Positions 9,955 through 20,508 of a stretch of 64,000 nucleotides of DNA are shown here, piece by piece (within the stretch, counting starts at the first letter, position 1; the number at the start of each line of letters is the position of its first letter). Location: assembly GCA_963812605.1 (NCBI GenBank), contig CAWEWF010000009.1, forward strand, positions 1 to 64,000, written 5' to 3'. The position numbers and the translations under genes are program-made. Origin of the DNA: an uncultured Verrucomicrobiae bacterium. GTDB lineage: Bacteria > Verrucomicrobiota > Verrucomicrobiia > Palsa-1439. The notes beneath the pieces are model-generated. The model was not told the DNA's origin, did not search any database, and was given only the letters and a program-made list of their open reading frames with translations.

Positions 9955-12000
9955 TTAGGGCTTTGGTTCTTCTTCGGGAGCGGGCGCGGCCGGCTTTTCG
10001 GAAAGCTTTTTCAAGAGCGCTTCCAGTTCCGGGTCGGGCGGCGCGCCGAGGTCGAGCGCCTTCTTGTAATGATAGCGGGCGAGTTCGACCTTGGGGTTGT
10101 GCTCCTTGGCGTACACGACGGCCAAATTAAAATGGGCATCGGCATACTGCGGGTTGATCTCAATGGCACGGCGGATTTCGAGTTCGCCGGAAGCGCCCCA
10201 GCCTTTTTCGCTGAGCACGATGCCCAGATAATTGTGCGCCTCGGCGTTGTGCGGGTCGATCGCGACGGCCCGGTTCAATTCGCTATAGGCGTCCTCGATC
10301 GCCCCCTTGCGGAAATAGACCACCCCGAGCAGGGAGCGCGTGTTGCTGTCGTTGGGCGAGGCGGCGGCCGCTTTGCGCAAATACTGTTCGGCATCGTCCA
10401 GGCGATTCTGCTGATAGCGGATCACGCCGAGATTGGCGAGCGCGACGGTGTTCGTTGGCTCGAGGGCCAGGGCCGCTTCGTACTTGGTTCCCGCCGTATT
10501 GTAATCCTTCAGCGCGAGCGCGGCGCGGCCTTCGTTGAGCAATTCGCGCACGTTCGGTGGGGACAGGGACGGCGCTGGCGTCTTCTCCTTTGGCTGTTCC
10601 TTGGGCGCCACTTCGACCGGGGTCGGTTCGGCCGGCGTCGGTTCGGCCGGGGTCGGTTCCGGCGGCGATGCGGGTTCCTCCCTCAGTTCGGGAGAAGGCG
10701 TCCGTTTCACGGACGCTGGAGGTTTCACCGGAGCCGGTGGTTTCGCGGGAGCGTTGGTCTGCGGTTTCGGAGGTTCCGCAACAACGGTCTCGTTCGTCGG
10801 CTCCGTTTTCCTTGGCGCACTCAGGGTTGCGACCAGCTTGCCCCGGTTCGACTCCTCCATCGTGGAGGGTGGCGCTGGTTGCGGTTGCGGTTTGGGCGCG
10901 GGTGGGGCCTTGGCAACCGTCTGTGGGCGCACGCGCGGACGCCAACCGCGAAGCTCAGGGATCGACGGGCCGTTCGTGTTCTCTTCATTCTCACCCGGCG
11001 TGATGGAGTCCGAGGCCTTGCGCTCGGCGATGATTCGCAGCAGCGCGTTTTCCTTGCGCAACTGGCGGATGATCTCATCATCCTTGTCGCTGCCGGCCTT
11101 GGCGGCGGTCAGCTTCTTGTTCGCGTCGGTGAGCTGGCTGATGACCTGCTCGTAGGAACGGCGCAACTCAGCGTTTTCAGCCTGTGATTTCTCGAGGGCC
11201 TGTTTGGTGGTGCCGAGTTCGAGCCGTGTTTGCTGGAGTTCCTCTTTGGTCTGCTGCAACTCGCCGCGGGCCTGGGCAAGTTCCGTCCGCAATTGCTCCA
11301 CGTCCGATGACGGCGCCGTGGGAGCGGTTCCGGCCGCTCGCTCGCGGGCTTCCGCGATCTGGGTTTGTGCCGCGGCCAACTTCGCAGCCAGATCCTGGTT
11401 GGTCTTGAGCAGCTCTTCGATTTGCGGCGTGGTTTGCGTCGGGGCAACCTTGCCGAGTTGCTCCTGCAGTTTCGCGTTCAGTTCGTTGCGCGCGGCCTCC
11501 AACTGTTCCACCTGCTCGTGGGCGCGTTGCAATTCCGAGGTCAATTGCCGGACCTGCTCGCTCTCGGCTGCCGTCGCGGGATTGGTGGCAATGGCGGACA
11601 CCGGGGGCGGGGGATTGGTGGCAGCGGTGGTGGATTCTGCGGGCGGTGTCTCGGTTGTTGTGGCGGGAGGTTGCGGTTCTGGTTGCGGTTGCGGCGCAAC
11701 GGGTGGCGGCGCCTGCTTCGTTTTCACTTCGGCAAGACGGTCGTTGATGTACTTGGTGCGGAACTCGATGATGTGCGGGTTCCAATCGGGATCGTTCGTC
11801 TTGATTTCGTTCAGGATGTCCAGGGCTCCGCCATATTTTGTGTTGGCCTTCGTCCAGTCGCTATCGCGAATGGCCGCATCACCCTCCTGGATGAGAAAGT
11901 ACGCTTCGAGGAATCGGTCGCCGGGATCCGCCGCCCAGGCTTGGGCCGCGCCACCAAAGCACAGCACAACCAAAATGCACAACAGGAGGGTCTTCTTCAT
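9955..12000 (-). CDS. Secreted coiled-coil/Pro-rich protein with C-terminal TPRs
   Basis: Signal peptide MKKTLLLC..AQAWA, coiled coils, EPTPA repeats, TPR motifs (AEAHNYLG, ADAHFNLA). Confidence 0.85.
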   Translation of the reverse strand: MKKTLLLCILVVLCFGGAAQAWAADPGDRFLEAYFLIQEGDAAIRDSDWTKANTKYGGALDILNEIKTNDPDWNPHIIEFRTKYINDRLAEVKTKQAPPPVAPQPQPEPQPPATTTETPPAESTTAATNPPPPVSAIATNPATAAESEQVRQLTSELQRAHEQVEQLEAARNELNAKLQEQLGKVAPTQTTPQIEELLKTNQDLAAKLAAAQTQIAEARERAAGTAPTAPSSDVEQLRTELAQARGELQQTKEELQQTRLELGTTKQALEKSQAENAELRRSYEQVISQLTDANKKLTAAKAGSDKDDEIIRQLRKENALLRIIAERKASDSITPGENEENTNGPSIPELRGWRPRVRPQTVAKAPPAPKPQPQPAPPSTMEESNRGKLVATLSAPRKTEPTNETVVAEPPKPQTNAPAKPPAPVKPPASVKRTPSPELREEPASPPEPTPAEPTPAEPTPVEVAPKEQPKEKTPAPSLSPPNVRELLNEGRAALALKDYNTAGTKYEAALALEPTNTVALANLGVIRYQQNRLDDAEQYLRKAAAASPNDSNTRSLLGVVYFRKGAIEDAYSELNRAVAIDPHNAEAHNYLGIVLSEKGWGASGELEIRRAIEINPQYADAHFNLAVVYAKEHNPKVELARYHYKKALDLGAPPDPELEALLKKLSEKPAAPAPEEEPKP

Positions 12001-12093
12001 CGGGCGCGACTGTACCGAAAAGCCCTTGGATTTGCAATGGTTGGATGCACCGACGAGTTGCATTCGCAACGCCGCCGTCGCACACTATCAATA

Positions 12094-12874
12094 ATGAGTG
12101 ATTTAAATGCGGTCCAACGCACGGCGCAAGAGCAGTTTAATCGACAGAGTGACCGCTACGGCCAGGGCCACATCTTGTCCGATGTAGCGGACGTGAAGGG
12201 CGCCTTGGAGCGATTGCCATGGCGGAAACCAGGCCGGGCGCTGGATGTCGCCACCGGCGCGGGGCATACGGGCCTTTTCCTGGCCGCTGCCGGCTGGCAG
12301 GTCACGCTGGCTGACATTTCCCCGGCGATGCTTGAACGCGCCGCCACCACCGCGCGCGAACGCGGACTCCACGTCGAGATGCGGGAACACACCGCCGAGT
12401 CATTTCCGTACGCCGATAGTACATTCGACCTCGTAACGTGCCGTGTGGCCGCGCATCATTTTAGCGATCCCAACGCGTTCGTGCGCGAAGCGGCCCGCGT
12501 GCTGGAACCCGGCGGCGCATTTCTTCTGATCGACGGCTCCATCGAGGACGGGCAACCGGCGGCAGAAGAGTGGTTGCATAACGTGGAGAAATTTCGCGAC
12601 CCGAGCCATCACCGGATGCTGAGCCAGGGAAGTTGGGCGCGGCTTTGTGAGAGCGCGGGGTTGCGGGTCGTGTTTTCCGAATTGCAGCCGTTCAAGCAGC
12701 CGGACTTGAACTGGTATTTCGAAACCGCCGCCACGACGCCCGAAAACCGCGCAAAAGTTCTCGAATTGGTCCGCCAAGCGCCGCCCGAAGCCCGGAACCT
12801 CTTCCGCCTCGCCGAGGAAGACGGCAAGATCGTCTGGTGGTGGCAGCGGCTGGTGCTGGCGGCACGGAAAATGA
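12094..12874 (+). CDS. Class I SAM-dependent methyltransferase (stop probably masked by a 1-bp insertion in an A run)
   Basis: ALDVATGAGHT motif I, FDLVTCRVAAHHF, RVLEPGG, RDPSH. Confidence 0.85.
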
Positions 12875-12979
12875 AGGAGAATCTTTGGCGTGAATTGTTT
12901 CCGGGCGGATTCCTAAAAAGCAGCGTTGCCAAATGGTTTGGGTTCGGTATGGTTTGGGCAATAGTTCCGGGAGGAAACG

Positions 12980-14140
12980 ATGAGCAAAGTACGAGTTCTG
13001 GTTGGCACGAAGAAAGGCGCGTTCATCCTGACCGCGGATGGCAAGCGCGAAAAATGGGATGTCAGCGGCCTTCACTTCGGCGGCTGGGAGATTTATCACG
13101 TGAAAGGTTCGCCGGTTGACCCAAACCGCTTGTATGCGTCACAGAGCAGCGGCTGGTTCGGACAGGTCATCCAGCGGTCCGACGACGGCGGGAAAACGTG
13201 GGAGCCACCGGGCGGCGGTCCGACAACTTCTCCCGACGGTATGCCCAAGGGTGAGAGCAATAAATTCGTTTACGAAGGCGCTGTGGGTACCCATCTGTGG
13301 TACGACGGCACCCAGCATCCGTGGGAGTTTAAACGCGTCTGGCATCTCGAACCATCGTTGACCGACCCGAATACCGTGTATGCCGGGGTGGAAGACGCCG
13401 CCTTGTTTCGCACGACCGACGGCGGCAAAACCTGGCAGGAATTACCGGCCTTGCGCAGCGCCAAGGGAAATCTCTGGCAACCCGGCGCCGGCGGGATGGG
13501 ATTGCACACGATCCTTCTCGACCCGAAGAACCCGAACCGGATTTTTGTCGCCATCTCAGCGGCGGGCGTGTTCCGCACGGAAGACGGCGGCAAGTCGTGG
13601 AAACCAGTTACGCGCGGCCTGAATTTGACCTATGAACTGCCCGACAAATCGTCCGAGGTGGGCCATTGCGTGCACCGCATCGCGATGCATCCCTCGCGCC
13701 CGAACGTGCTGTTCATGCAGAAGCACTGGGACGTCAACCGCAGCGACGACGGCGGCGAATCATGGCATGAGGTCAGCGGGAACCTGCCGAGCGATTTTGG
13801 CTTTCCGATTGACGTCCACGCGCACGAGCCGAACACGATCTACGTCGTCCCGATCAAGAGCGACTCGGAACACTACCCACCCGACGCCAAGCTGCGGGTC
13901 TATCGGAGCCGCACGGGCGGCGACGAGTGGGAACCGCTTGCGAAGGGGTTGCCGCAACAGGATTGCTACGTCAATGTGTTGCGCGACGCGATGGCGGTGG
14001 ATTCTCTTGATGAATGTGGTGTGTACTTTGGCACCACCGGCGGTCAGGTGTACGCTTCTGCTGACAGCGGCGACAATTGGAAACCCATTGTTCGTGATTT
14101 ACCGCCGGTCCTGTCGGTTGAGGTGCAGACGTTGCCATGA
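12980..14140 (+). CDS. BNR/Asp-box (sialidase-like) beta-propeller protein
   Basis: Multiple S/T-x-D-G-G-x-T/S-W Asp boxes; GGAGG RBS; no signal peptide. Confidence 0.9.
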   Translation: MSKVRVLVGTKKGAFILTADGKREKWDVSGLHFGGWEIYHVKGSPVDPNRLYASQSSGWFGQVIQRSDDGGKTWEPPGGGPTTSPDGMPKGESNKFVYEGAVGTHLWYDGTQHPWEFKRVWHLEPSLTDPNTVYAGVEDAALFRTTDGGKTWQELPALRSAKGNLWQPGAGGMGLHTILLDPKNPNRIFVAISAAGVFRTEDGGKSWKPVTRGLNLTYELPDKSSEVGHCVHRIAMHPSRPNVLFMQKHWDVNRSDDGGESWHEVSGNLPSDFGFPIDVHAHEPNTIYVVPIKSDSEHYPPDAKLRVYRSRTGGDEWEPLAKGLPQQDCYVNVLRDAMAVDSLDECGVYFGTTGGQVYASADSGDNWKPIVRDLPPVLSVEVQTLP

Positions 14141-14146
14141 GCGCGA

Positions 14147-14277
14147 ACACTCCCCTAACCTTAATCCTTTGCCGCAAACAACAGCGGCGTCTCGCGGACT
14201 CGGCTCCCCCCGCTGGGGAGAGGAAACACAGCAAAACGTACTCCTCTCCCCTTGGGGGAGAGGCAGGGTGAGGGTGT
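14147..14277. repeat. CCCTCACCC/GGGAGAGG-type palindromic repeat
   Basis: Ends ACACTCCCCTAACC...GGGTGAGGGTGT with internal CTCCCC(N)GGGGAGAGG hairpins. Confidence 0.7.
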
Positions 14278-14278
14278 C

Positions 14279-14581
14279 GTGTCCACGATCCGCGTTGAAT
14301 TGCCGTTCCATCTGCGGAATCTCACGCATGTTGAGCGCGAGGTAACGGTGGACGTGGAAGCGCCGATAACATTGCGCAAGGTGCTGGATGCGGTCGAGGA
14401 GCGTTACCCGGTATTGCGTGGAACAATTCGCGAACATGTCACGGAAAAGCGGCGGCCATTCTTGCGGTTCTACGCCGGCGAGGAGGACCTGTCCAACGAA
14501 CCACCCGACACGCTGTTGCCCGACGCCGTGGTATCCGGGAAAGAACCGTTCAGTATCATCGGCGCCATTGCCGGCGGCTAG
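14279..14581 (+). CDS. MoaD/ThiS family ubiquitin-like protein
   Basis: IRVELPFHLR.., RRPFLRFY, C-terminal AIAGG di-glycine; start codon uncertain. Confidence 0.85.
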   Translation: MSTIRVELPFHLRNLTHVEREVTVDVEAPITLRKVLDAVEERYPVLRGTIREHVTEKRRPFLRFYAGEEDLSNEPPDTLLPDAVVSGKEPFSIIGAIAGG

Positions 14582-14689
14582 GGAGTCGCAATATTCGATT
14601 CTGCGCCTTTGCAGTCTCGCGAGTTGCGAATCTTGATTCTTGATCTTGCGACCGGTCTTACGCGGTTTCGGCCTTGAACCCGCTCCGGC

Positions 14690-16074
14690 ATGGCTCACGC
14701 TGCTCATTGCCTTGTGAAAATCACTTGTTATTCTCTGATTTGTCGAGTGGTCGGCGCCTACGCAGTGCTGACGTTGGGAATCGCCCTTGCGCAAGGTGAC
14801 ATTGACGGCTGCCAGTTGTTTCCCACCAACAACATCTGGAACGCGCCCGTGGATAATCTTCCGCTGGATTCGAATTCGGCCGCGTATGTGAACACCATCG
14901 GCGTTGGCGCCTCCGCGCACGCTGATTTCGGTTCGGGGCTGTGGGATGGCGGGCCGATCGGGATTCCGTTTGTGGTCGTTTCGAATTCACCACCGTTGGT
15001 CAGCGTTTCTTTCCAATACAGCGACGAAAGCGATCCCGGTCCGTATCCGATCCCGAGTGACGCGCCCATTGAAGGCGGGCCGCAAAGTACGGGAGATCGG
15101 CACGTCCTCGTGGTGGACCAGGACAACTGTATGCTTTACGAATTGTATGCGGCGTATCCGCAAGCAGGCGGAAGTTGGAGTGCGGGTTCCGGCGCAGTTT
15201 TCGATCTCAATTCACAGGCGCTCCGGCGGCGGGCTGGACGTCAGCGGACGCGGCGGGCTTGCCGATTTTGCCGGGCCTGGTGAGATATGATGAGGTGGCC
15301 GCGGGCGAGATTCGCCACGCGATTCGTTTTACAGTGCCGCAAACACGCAACGCCTACATCTGGCCTGCCCGCCATGAGGCATCGACTCTAACTGCGACGA
15401 AGTATCCGCCGATGGGGCAGCGTTTCCGTCTCAAAGCGAGCTTCGATATCTCGTCCTTCTCGCCCGAGGTACAGGTAATCCTGACGGCGCTGAAGAAATA
15501 CGGGATGATCCTCGCCGATAACGGGTCAAGCTGGTACCTGTCCGGCGTCCCTGACGAACGTTGGAACAACGACGACCTGCATGAATTCGGGCAAATCACC
15601 GGCGCGGCCTTCGAGGCGGTGGATGTGTCTTCCCTGATGGTTGATCCCAACTCGGGCCAAACGTCCGGCGTCGTGGAACCACCGCCTTCCACTAATTCGC
15701 CGTCAGCACGCAACGACGACGACCCCAGCATTCAGTACATTGGCAAGTGGAAGGTGAAATCGAACACCGCTGCGTATGGGGGCGAATACCGTGTCGCCAG
15801 CCAGAAAACCGCGGCGGTGGAATTCTCCTTTTCCGGCACGGGTTTCACCTGGCTTACGGAACGAGGGCGATCCGACGGCATGGCGACCGTGGTTGTGGAC
15901 GGCGTGGAAACAAACATTGTCGATCTCTACAGCCAGACGAATCAGTTCCAGTACCCCGTTGCCGTCACCGGGCTGGCCGACGCCCCGCACGATGTACAAA
16001 TCCTCGTCCACGGAACGCGTGACGCAAAGCCGCACACCAAACAAGTTGTCTTTGACGGTGTCACCGTGCCCTAG
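14690..16074 (+). CDS. Secreted hypothetical protein with C-terminal carbohydrate-binding-like domain (frameshift near 15223)
   Basis: Motifs FPTNNIWN, GDRHVLVVD, WTSADAAGLPILPGL, ALKKYGMILADNG continue across ORFs 14690-15283 and 15175-16074; start uncertain. Confidence 0.7.
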
Positions 16075-16220
16075 CAACGCCTCATTCTCATTTACTCGTA
16101 GTGGGTCCACATAGCAGGATTTTTACGGCCTTCTGCTCTTTGGTGACCTGGTACACGAGCCGATGTTGGATATTGATGCATCGTGAATACCGGGATATGC
16201 TGGCTCACGAGGAATAGCTC

Positions 16221-17197
16221 GTGACAAAGGCGCTCGATCTTGACCTGAAAAAACTCAAAGCCCGCGCCTACCACAGGGCCGAATGGGCTGAGGAAACTCT
16301 CCGGCGTTACCATTCCGCGATTCCGAATCTCAGCGATGCGGCTGCTCAGCAACTGCGATCGCTGTATAATTGGATGTTCGTCCCGCCAACGCTATGGCCG
16401 TTTAATATCGAAGACGTGTTGGCGGATTGCCTTGCTGCTCTGGAAAAGGGCAAACACCTGAACTCCCGGCAACTTCTTCTCATCGACCTGCTGCCTGAAC
16501 CACCGGACGAAACGATCTGCGCCGCCGTCGCCGACCATGAACACCACGTTCAGAAAGGCACCTACGAGAACCTCGTCAAAACGCAGGCCAAGTATTCTCA
16601 GAACGAACTCACCATCCGAACCGATCCACAACTTCGCAGCCAATGGGCGCGCATCAAAGCTGCATTCAATGTCCAAGCCTACCGCGACCATAAGGGCGTG
16701 ATTCGCCGAACAATGGGCGCCGAGCGCAACCTGCGCCCATCGTTTTCTGTAAATTTGCGTCGCCGCGAAGACGTTTTTCGCGCTGCGTTCGATGCGTTCT
16801 GCCAGCGCTGGAACCTCTATGGTATGCAAAACGACAAGCCCCTGCTGCTCAAACTCGCGGTCAACCTCACCCCCTATGGGACGTTGATCCACATCCCCGC
16901 CTACTGGTCGTTTGACCCGAAGCGGGACATCCGCTGGGACGCAATCGCCAAGCTCCATCGTGCACGTGTTCCCGGGCGTCAAGGCTCGGCTCTTGCCGAA
17001 GGACTTGCCGAACGGATGAAAGCCGCCGAGAAACTTCGCCGCCTTGACAAAGAAGCCCTCCGTCTCGGGTTCAAAGGCGAAAAGAAGCACGAGTTCCTCT
17101 GCGCTGGTCTGGGTTGGGGCCGGGCACAAGCCCCAAACGCATCAGCCGACTGCGGGCGAAATTCAAAAACCATCCGACTATCGAGAAAGCGAAGTAA
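16221..17197 (+). CDS. Hypothetical protein, possibly with a C-terminal HTH (probable frameshift near 17118)
   Basis: About 325-aa protein-like ORF; the shifted frame gives ..LCAGLGWxPGTSPKRISRLRAKF..K* ending at 17197, versus the ORF-track end at 17273. Confidence 0.6.
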
Positions 17198-17289
17198 GTC
17201 TCTTCCCGCTTGGGACAGGGATTGGGGACATTCAGTTCCTTTGAACCGCAGTTGCGTTAGGTGCAAGCTGTGAAAAACAAAGAGAGCCA

Positions 17290-18471
17290 ATGATCAACGC
17301 ACCTGAATCCCTAACGACTGTCATAACGCAATCCGAACAAGTGCCCGAGGCGGCGATCCATGGACAAGGGAAAGCTGGTTCTCCAAAAAGAGCATCTCCA
17401 GTAGGTCTGGCCTGCGATCTGGCCCATGCCAGAGCCTATTCCAGGGATTATGAAAGGCCACACGCTCCAGTATTGGCTGCTTTTGGTGCAGATCGTTTGC
17501 ATGAATGCAGATTGAATGGTTTCTGGGATCTGGACCGGGCGGTCTCGGAAAACGCCAATGCCCTGTTCCGATCCATCCGCAGGCTTCCCACCAAACACGC
17601 CGAAGACCCCCCGGTGGAATGGGATGATCTCACTTTTCAATTTGGGCCTCGGACATTCCTCTACGCCGATATTAGCAGCGTCGTAGGCTACACCCCCACT
17701 CCGATTGAAGCCGAGCGTCTTGTGACATGGTTCAGCAAGACTTACAGCAAGCCCCCTCCACAGGAAGGCGGAGCTTTTAATCTGATCGCTCAAGATAGTA
17801 ACGACATCAAGTGTCAAACAGTCACTTTGCCGCACGGCACAATCCTCAGCGCGGAAGCGCTCGGCCTGCACTACGGCAGTGGCAGCGGGGAATGGCATCG
17901 GGATTTTACTGAGAAACTGCGTGAGCGGATTCACGGTCTTTCGATCTTTGAAGGCAGTCCCGGGACGGGCAAAACCTCCTACCTTCGTCACCTCATGGGT
18001 GTGCTCAAAGAGTCACATAGGTTCTACTTCATCCCGACTTCGACCATGAGTGTACTTTCAAGGCCCGAGTTTATCTGCTTCTGGGCCAATCAACGCCGAA
18101 TTCATTCCAACCAAAAATTCGTTGTCATCCTGGAAGATTCCGATGCGGCGCTGATGACCCGCGGCTCTGACAATCGCGACGAGGTTAGCGCCATCCTAAA
18201 TCTCTCCGATGGGATGCTCGCCGATTTCCTCCGTCTCCAGATCATCTGCACGATCAACTGCGCTGCCGCCGATATTGACCCGGCACTTCTTCGCCCTGGT
18301 CGCCTGCTTTGCCATCGCGTTTTCGGCAGGCTCGACTACCCGCAAGCCGTTCGCCTCGCCGAGAGTCTCGGCAGGAAATTGCCATTGGCCCGTGATTATT
18401 CCCTCGCTGAAGTTTTTGCCGGACATAATACAGAAGAACTTGACCGCCCGCACATCGGGTTTGAGGCTTGA
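17290..18471 (+). CDS. AAA+ family ATPase
   Basis: Walker A GSPGTGKT, Walker B VVILED, LNLSDG, DPALLRPGRL Arg finger, C-terminal IGF. Confidence 0.9.
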   Translation: MINAPESLTTVITQSEQVPEAAIHGQGKAGSPKRASPVGLACDLAHARAYSRDYERPHAPVLAAFGADRLHECRLNGFWDLDRAVSENANALFRSIRRLPTKHAEDPPVEWDDLTFQFGPRTFLYADISSVVGYTPTPIEAERLVTWFSKTYSKPPPQEGGAFNLIAQDSNDIKCQTVTLPHGTILSAEALGLHYGSGSGEWHRDFTEKLRERIHGLSIFEGSPGTGKTSYLRHLMGVLKESHRFYFIPTSTMSVLSRPEFICFWANQRRIHSNQKFVVILEDSDAALMTRGSDNRDEVSAILNLSDGMLADFLRLQIICTINCAAADIDPALLRPGRLLCHRVFGRLDYPQAVRLAESLGRKLPLARDYSLAEVFAGHNTEELDRPHIGFEA

Positions 18472-18493
18472 TGCCGATGACTCACGGTTCGCC

Positions 18494-19060
18494 ATGATTA
18501 TCACCAGCCTCGACTTTGAAACGGCCAATTATTCCCGCGTGAGCATCTGCGCCGCCGGGATTGCTGTCTTTGAGGATGGCCATTTGACGGAGGCTCCTTA
18601 TTGGTTGGTGCGACCACCCAAAGGTTACGGATGGTTTCGAGAAGACTTCATCGAATGTCATGGCTTGACGCATCTGGATGTTCTGGACGCTCCCGAATTT
18701 CCGGCCATTGCCTCAGAATTTCTGCAACGGTTGACCCGCGCCGACCTCGTGATAGCACATAACGCAGTTTTCGACATCGGGCATTTGCGGGACACTTTGG
18801 ATCATTTCGATCTGCCTCGACCCGAGTTTGATTATCTTTGCACCTGCAAGCTGGCCCAGCGAATCTGGCCGGGCTTGCCAGATCACAAACTCGATACTCT
18901 GGCGGCGCACATTGGCCATGAGTTCCGTCATCACAACGCCCAGGCCGATGCCGAAGCCGCCGGACGTGTGTTGCTGGCGATGATGCAACATGTGAAAGCA
19001 AAGACGCCGTCCGAGTTGTTGAAGAGGGCAGGTATGGTGCCGAGGCGGTTTCTCCAATAA
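18494..19060 (+). CDS. DEDDh 3'-5' exonuclease (DnaQ/epsilon-like)
   Basis: ExoI LDFET, ExoII AHNAVFD, ExoIII HHNAQAD. Confidence 0.9.
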   Translation: MIITSLDFETANYSRVSICAAGIAVFEDGHLTEAPYWLVRPPKGYGWFREDFIECHGLTHLDVLDAPEFPAIASEFLQRLTRADLVIAHNAVFDIGHLRDTLDHFDLPRPEFDYLCTCKLAQRIWPGLPDHKLDTLAAHIGHEFRHHNAQADAEAAGRVLLAMMQHVKAKTPSELLKRAGMVPRRFLQ

Positions 19061-19069
19061 TGGAGTGAC

Positions 19070-20359
19070 ATGCTGCTGGCGTCGCCCTACACTCCGACCA
19101 TGAATCTGGCTATTTCTGATCCAACACAAGACCTGAAGGTCTTCTTTGCAGGCTTAGATGGCGCGTTGAATAGCTACCGTCATGTTCGCTCGCTTTATGA
19201 CGAACAGGTGGCATTTGGATTCAATTACACGAGCATCTTTGGGCCTGATGAGAACAGAATATCTAAAGTCCTAGCGTTTCTTCTGGACCCCAATAATCCC
19301 CACGGACAGAAGGCAACGTTTCTGAAGTTATTCCTTAATCTGTTTGATCTAAAAGCCCCATCAGCACTGTTGGAAGATGGAAAAAAGATTGAGGTTCACG
19401 CGCCATATCAGACTAAACAGACTAAACCAGGTCGCTTCATCGACATCACAATTCACTTCGGCAACAATGACTATGTAATTGGTATCGAGAATAAGATCTG
19501 GGAATGGACACGCGACCAGCCGAATCAGTTGAATGATTACGCCGAAGAACTAAAGAGCTTAACGAGCCCCCATGACAACTGGGTGCTCTTCTATCTTACG
19601 CCCGATAGACACGATCCATCTGAGGGCAGCATCACGCCGCAACGTAGGAGTGAGTTGGAAAAAGCGGAAAGGCTAAAAATCATTAGCTATCGGAAAGACA
19701 TTAAAGAGCTTTTGGAGCAGTGTGAATTGGCGTGCAAAGCGGATAATGTTCGGGCGTTTCTGAAAGACTTTAGGCAATGGATTAACCAAGATATTTTAGG
19801 GGAGGCGAACATGGGCGACCAACAAGTGATAGTAGATTATCTCAGAAACGATCCAAGTATTGTTGGTAACATAAGACCTCTTAATGTTGCGCTCGACACG
19901 CTAAAAAAAGAGTATCGGGACAAACTGGTTACTGAGTTGAAAACGCAATTGCGTCGTAACGAGTTAGAGAGTGGTGATCCATTTCAAGGGGCTGGTGGCC
20001 CTAATTCCCGGGATTGGTACATTACAAAGTCACATGAAAAGCTCAGATTTGGCAACACTGATATCAATATTCGAATTCAAGAGGATTCGTCGGGATGCGG
20101 ACTTAGGTTACGCATTGGCGTAACAGAGAAAGTGACGCGCCTTAACGAGTTCGTGAAAAGTATCACACCAGAACTGAGATACGACGGTGGCTGGAATGGC
20201 GGGTATTACGACGTATCTGAAGGTGATTGTTTATCCGACAAAAACTTAACTCAACATCTTAAAGACCCCACACATGTTCAGAAAACTGTAAAAAGCTGGG
20301 TAAAGAGTATAAGCAACTATGTTGATACAGTCGTCGGCGTGTGCAAAGAGCAAAAATAG
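19070..20359 (+). CDS. PD-(D/E)XK nuclease family protein (PDDEXK_4-like)
   Basis: EN..SK.LAFLLDP...HG, RFIDI, IENKI, DQPNQL.DY; visibly AT-richer than its flanks. Confidence 0.8.
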   Translation: MLLASPYTPTMNLAISDPTQDLKVFFAGLDGALNSYRHVRSLYDEQVAFGFNYTSIFGPDENRISKVLAFLLDPNNPHGQKATFLKLFLNLFDLKAPSALLEDGKKIEVHAPYQTKQTKPGRFIDITIHFGNNDYVIGIENKIWEWTRDQPNQLNDYAEELKSLTSPHDNWVLFYLTPDRHDPSEGSITPQRRSELEKAERLKIISYRKDIKELLEQCELACKADNVRAFLKDFRQWINQDILGEANMGDQQVIVDYLRNDPSIVGNIRPLNVALDTLKKEYRDKLVTELKTQLRRNELESGDPFQGAGGPNSRDWYITKSHEKLRFGNTDINIRIQEDSSGCGLRLRIGVTEKVTRLNEFVKSITPELRYDGGWNGGYYDVSEGDCLSDKNLTQHLKDPTHVQKTVKSWVKSISNYVDTVVGVCKEQK

Positions 20360-20508
20360 TCGGGGTCAACTCCGCACTCATGACAGAAATGTTGTTGCCC
20401 GGTTCGATCCTCAATCTGCTTGATCCGATTTACCCGCCTCAGTGAATGGGCTTCCCAAGCTTCACCGGTCTATTGCTGATACTTCATAGACTATTTTGCC
20501 GATTGTCC

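Noticed and set aside
10613-10665. 15-bp tandem repeat
   Set aside because: Encodes the EPTPA linker of the TPR protein.
11365-13119. 584-aa ORF as a long fusion protein
   Set aside because: Its 5' part is antisense to the TPR gene and its 3' part is read-through overlapping the BNR gene; only the methyltransferase core is credible.
20393-20415. GGTTCGATCC as a tRNA T-loop or att site at the island end
   Set aside because: No T-stem, acceptor stem or CCA, and I found no matching repeat at the island's other end.
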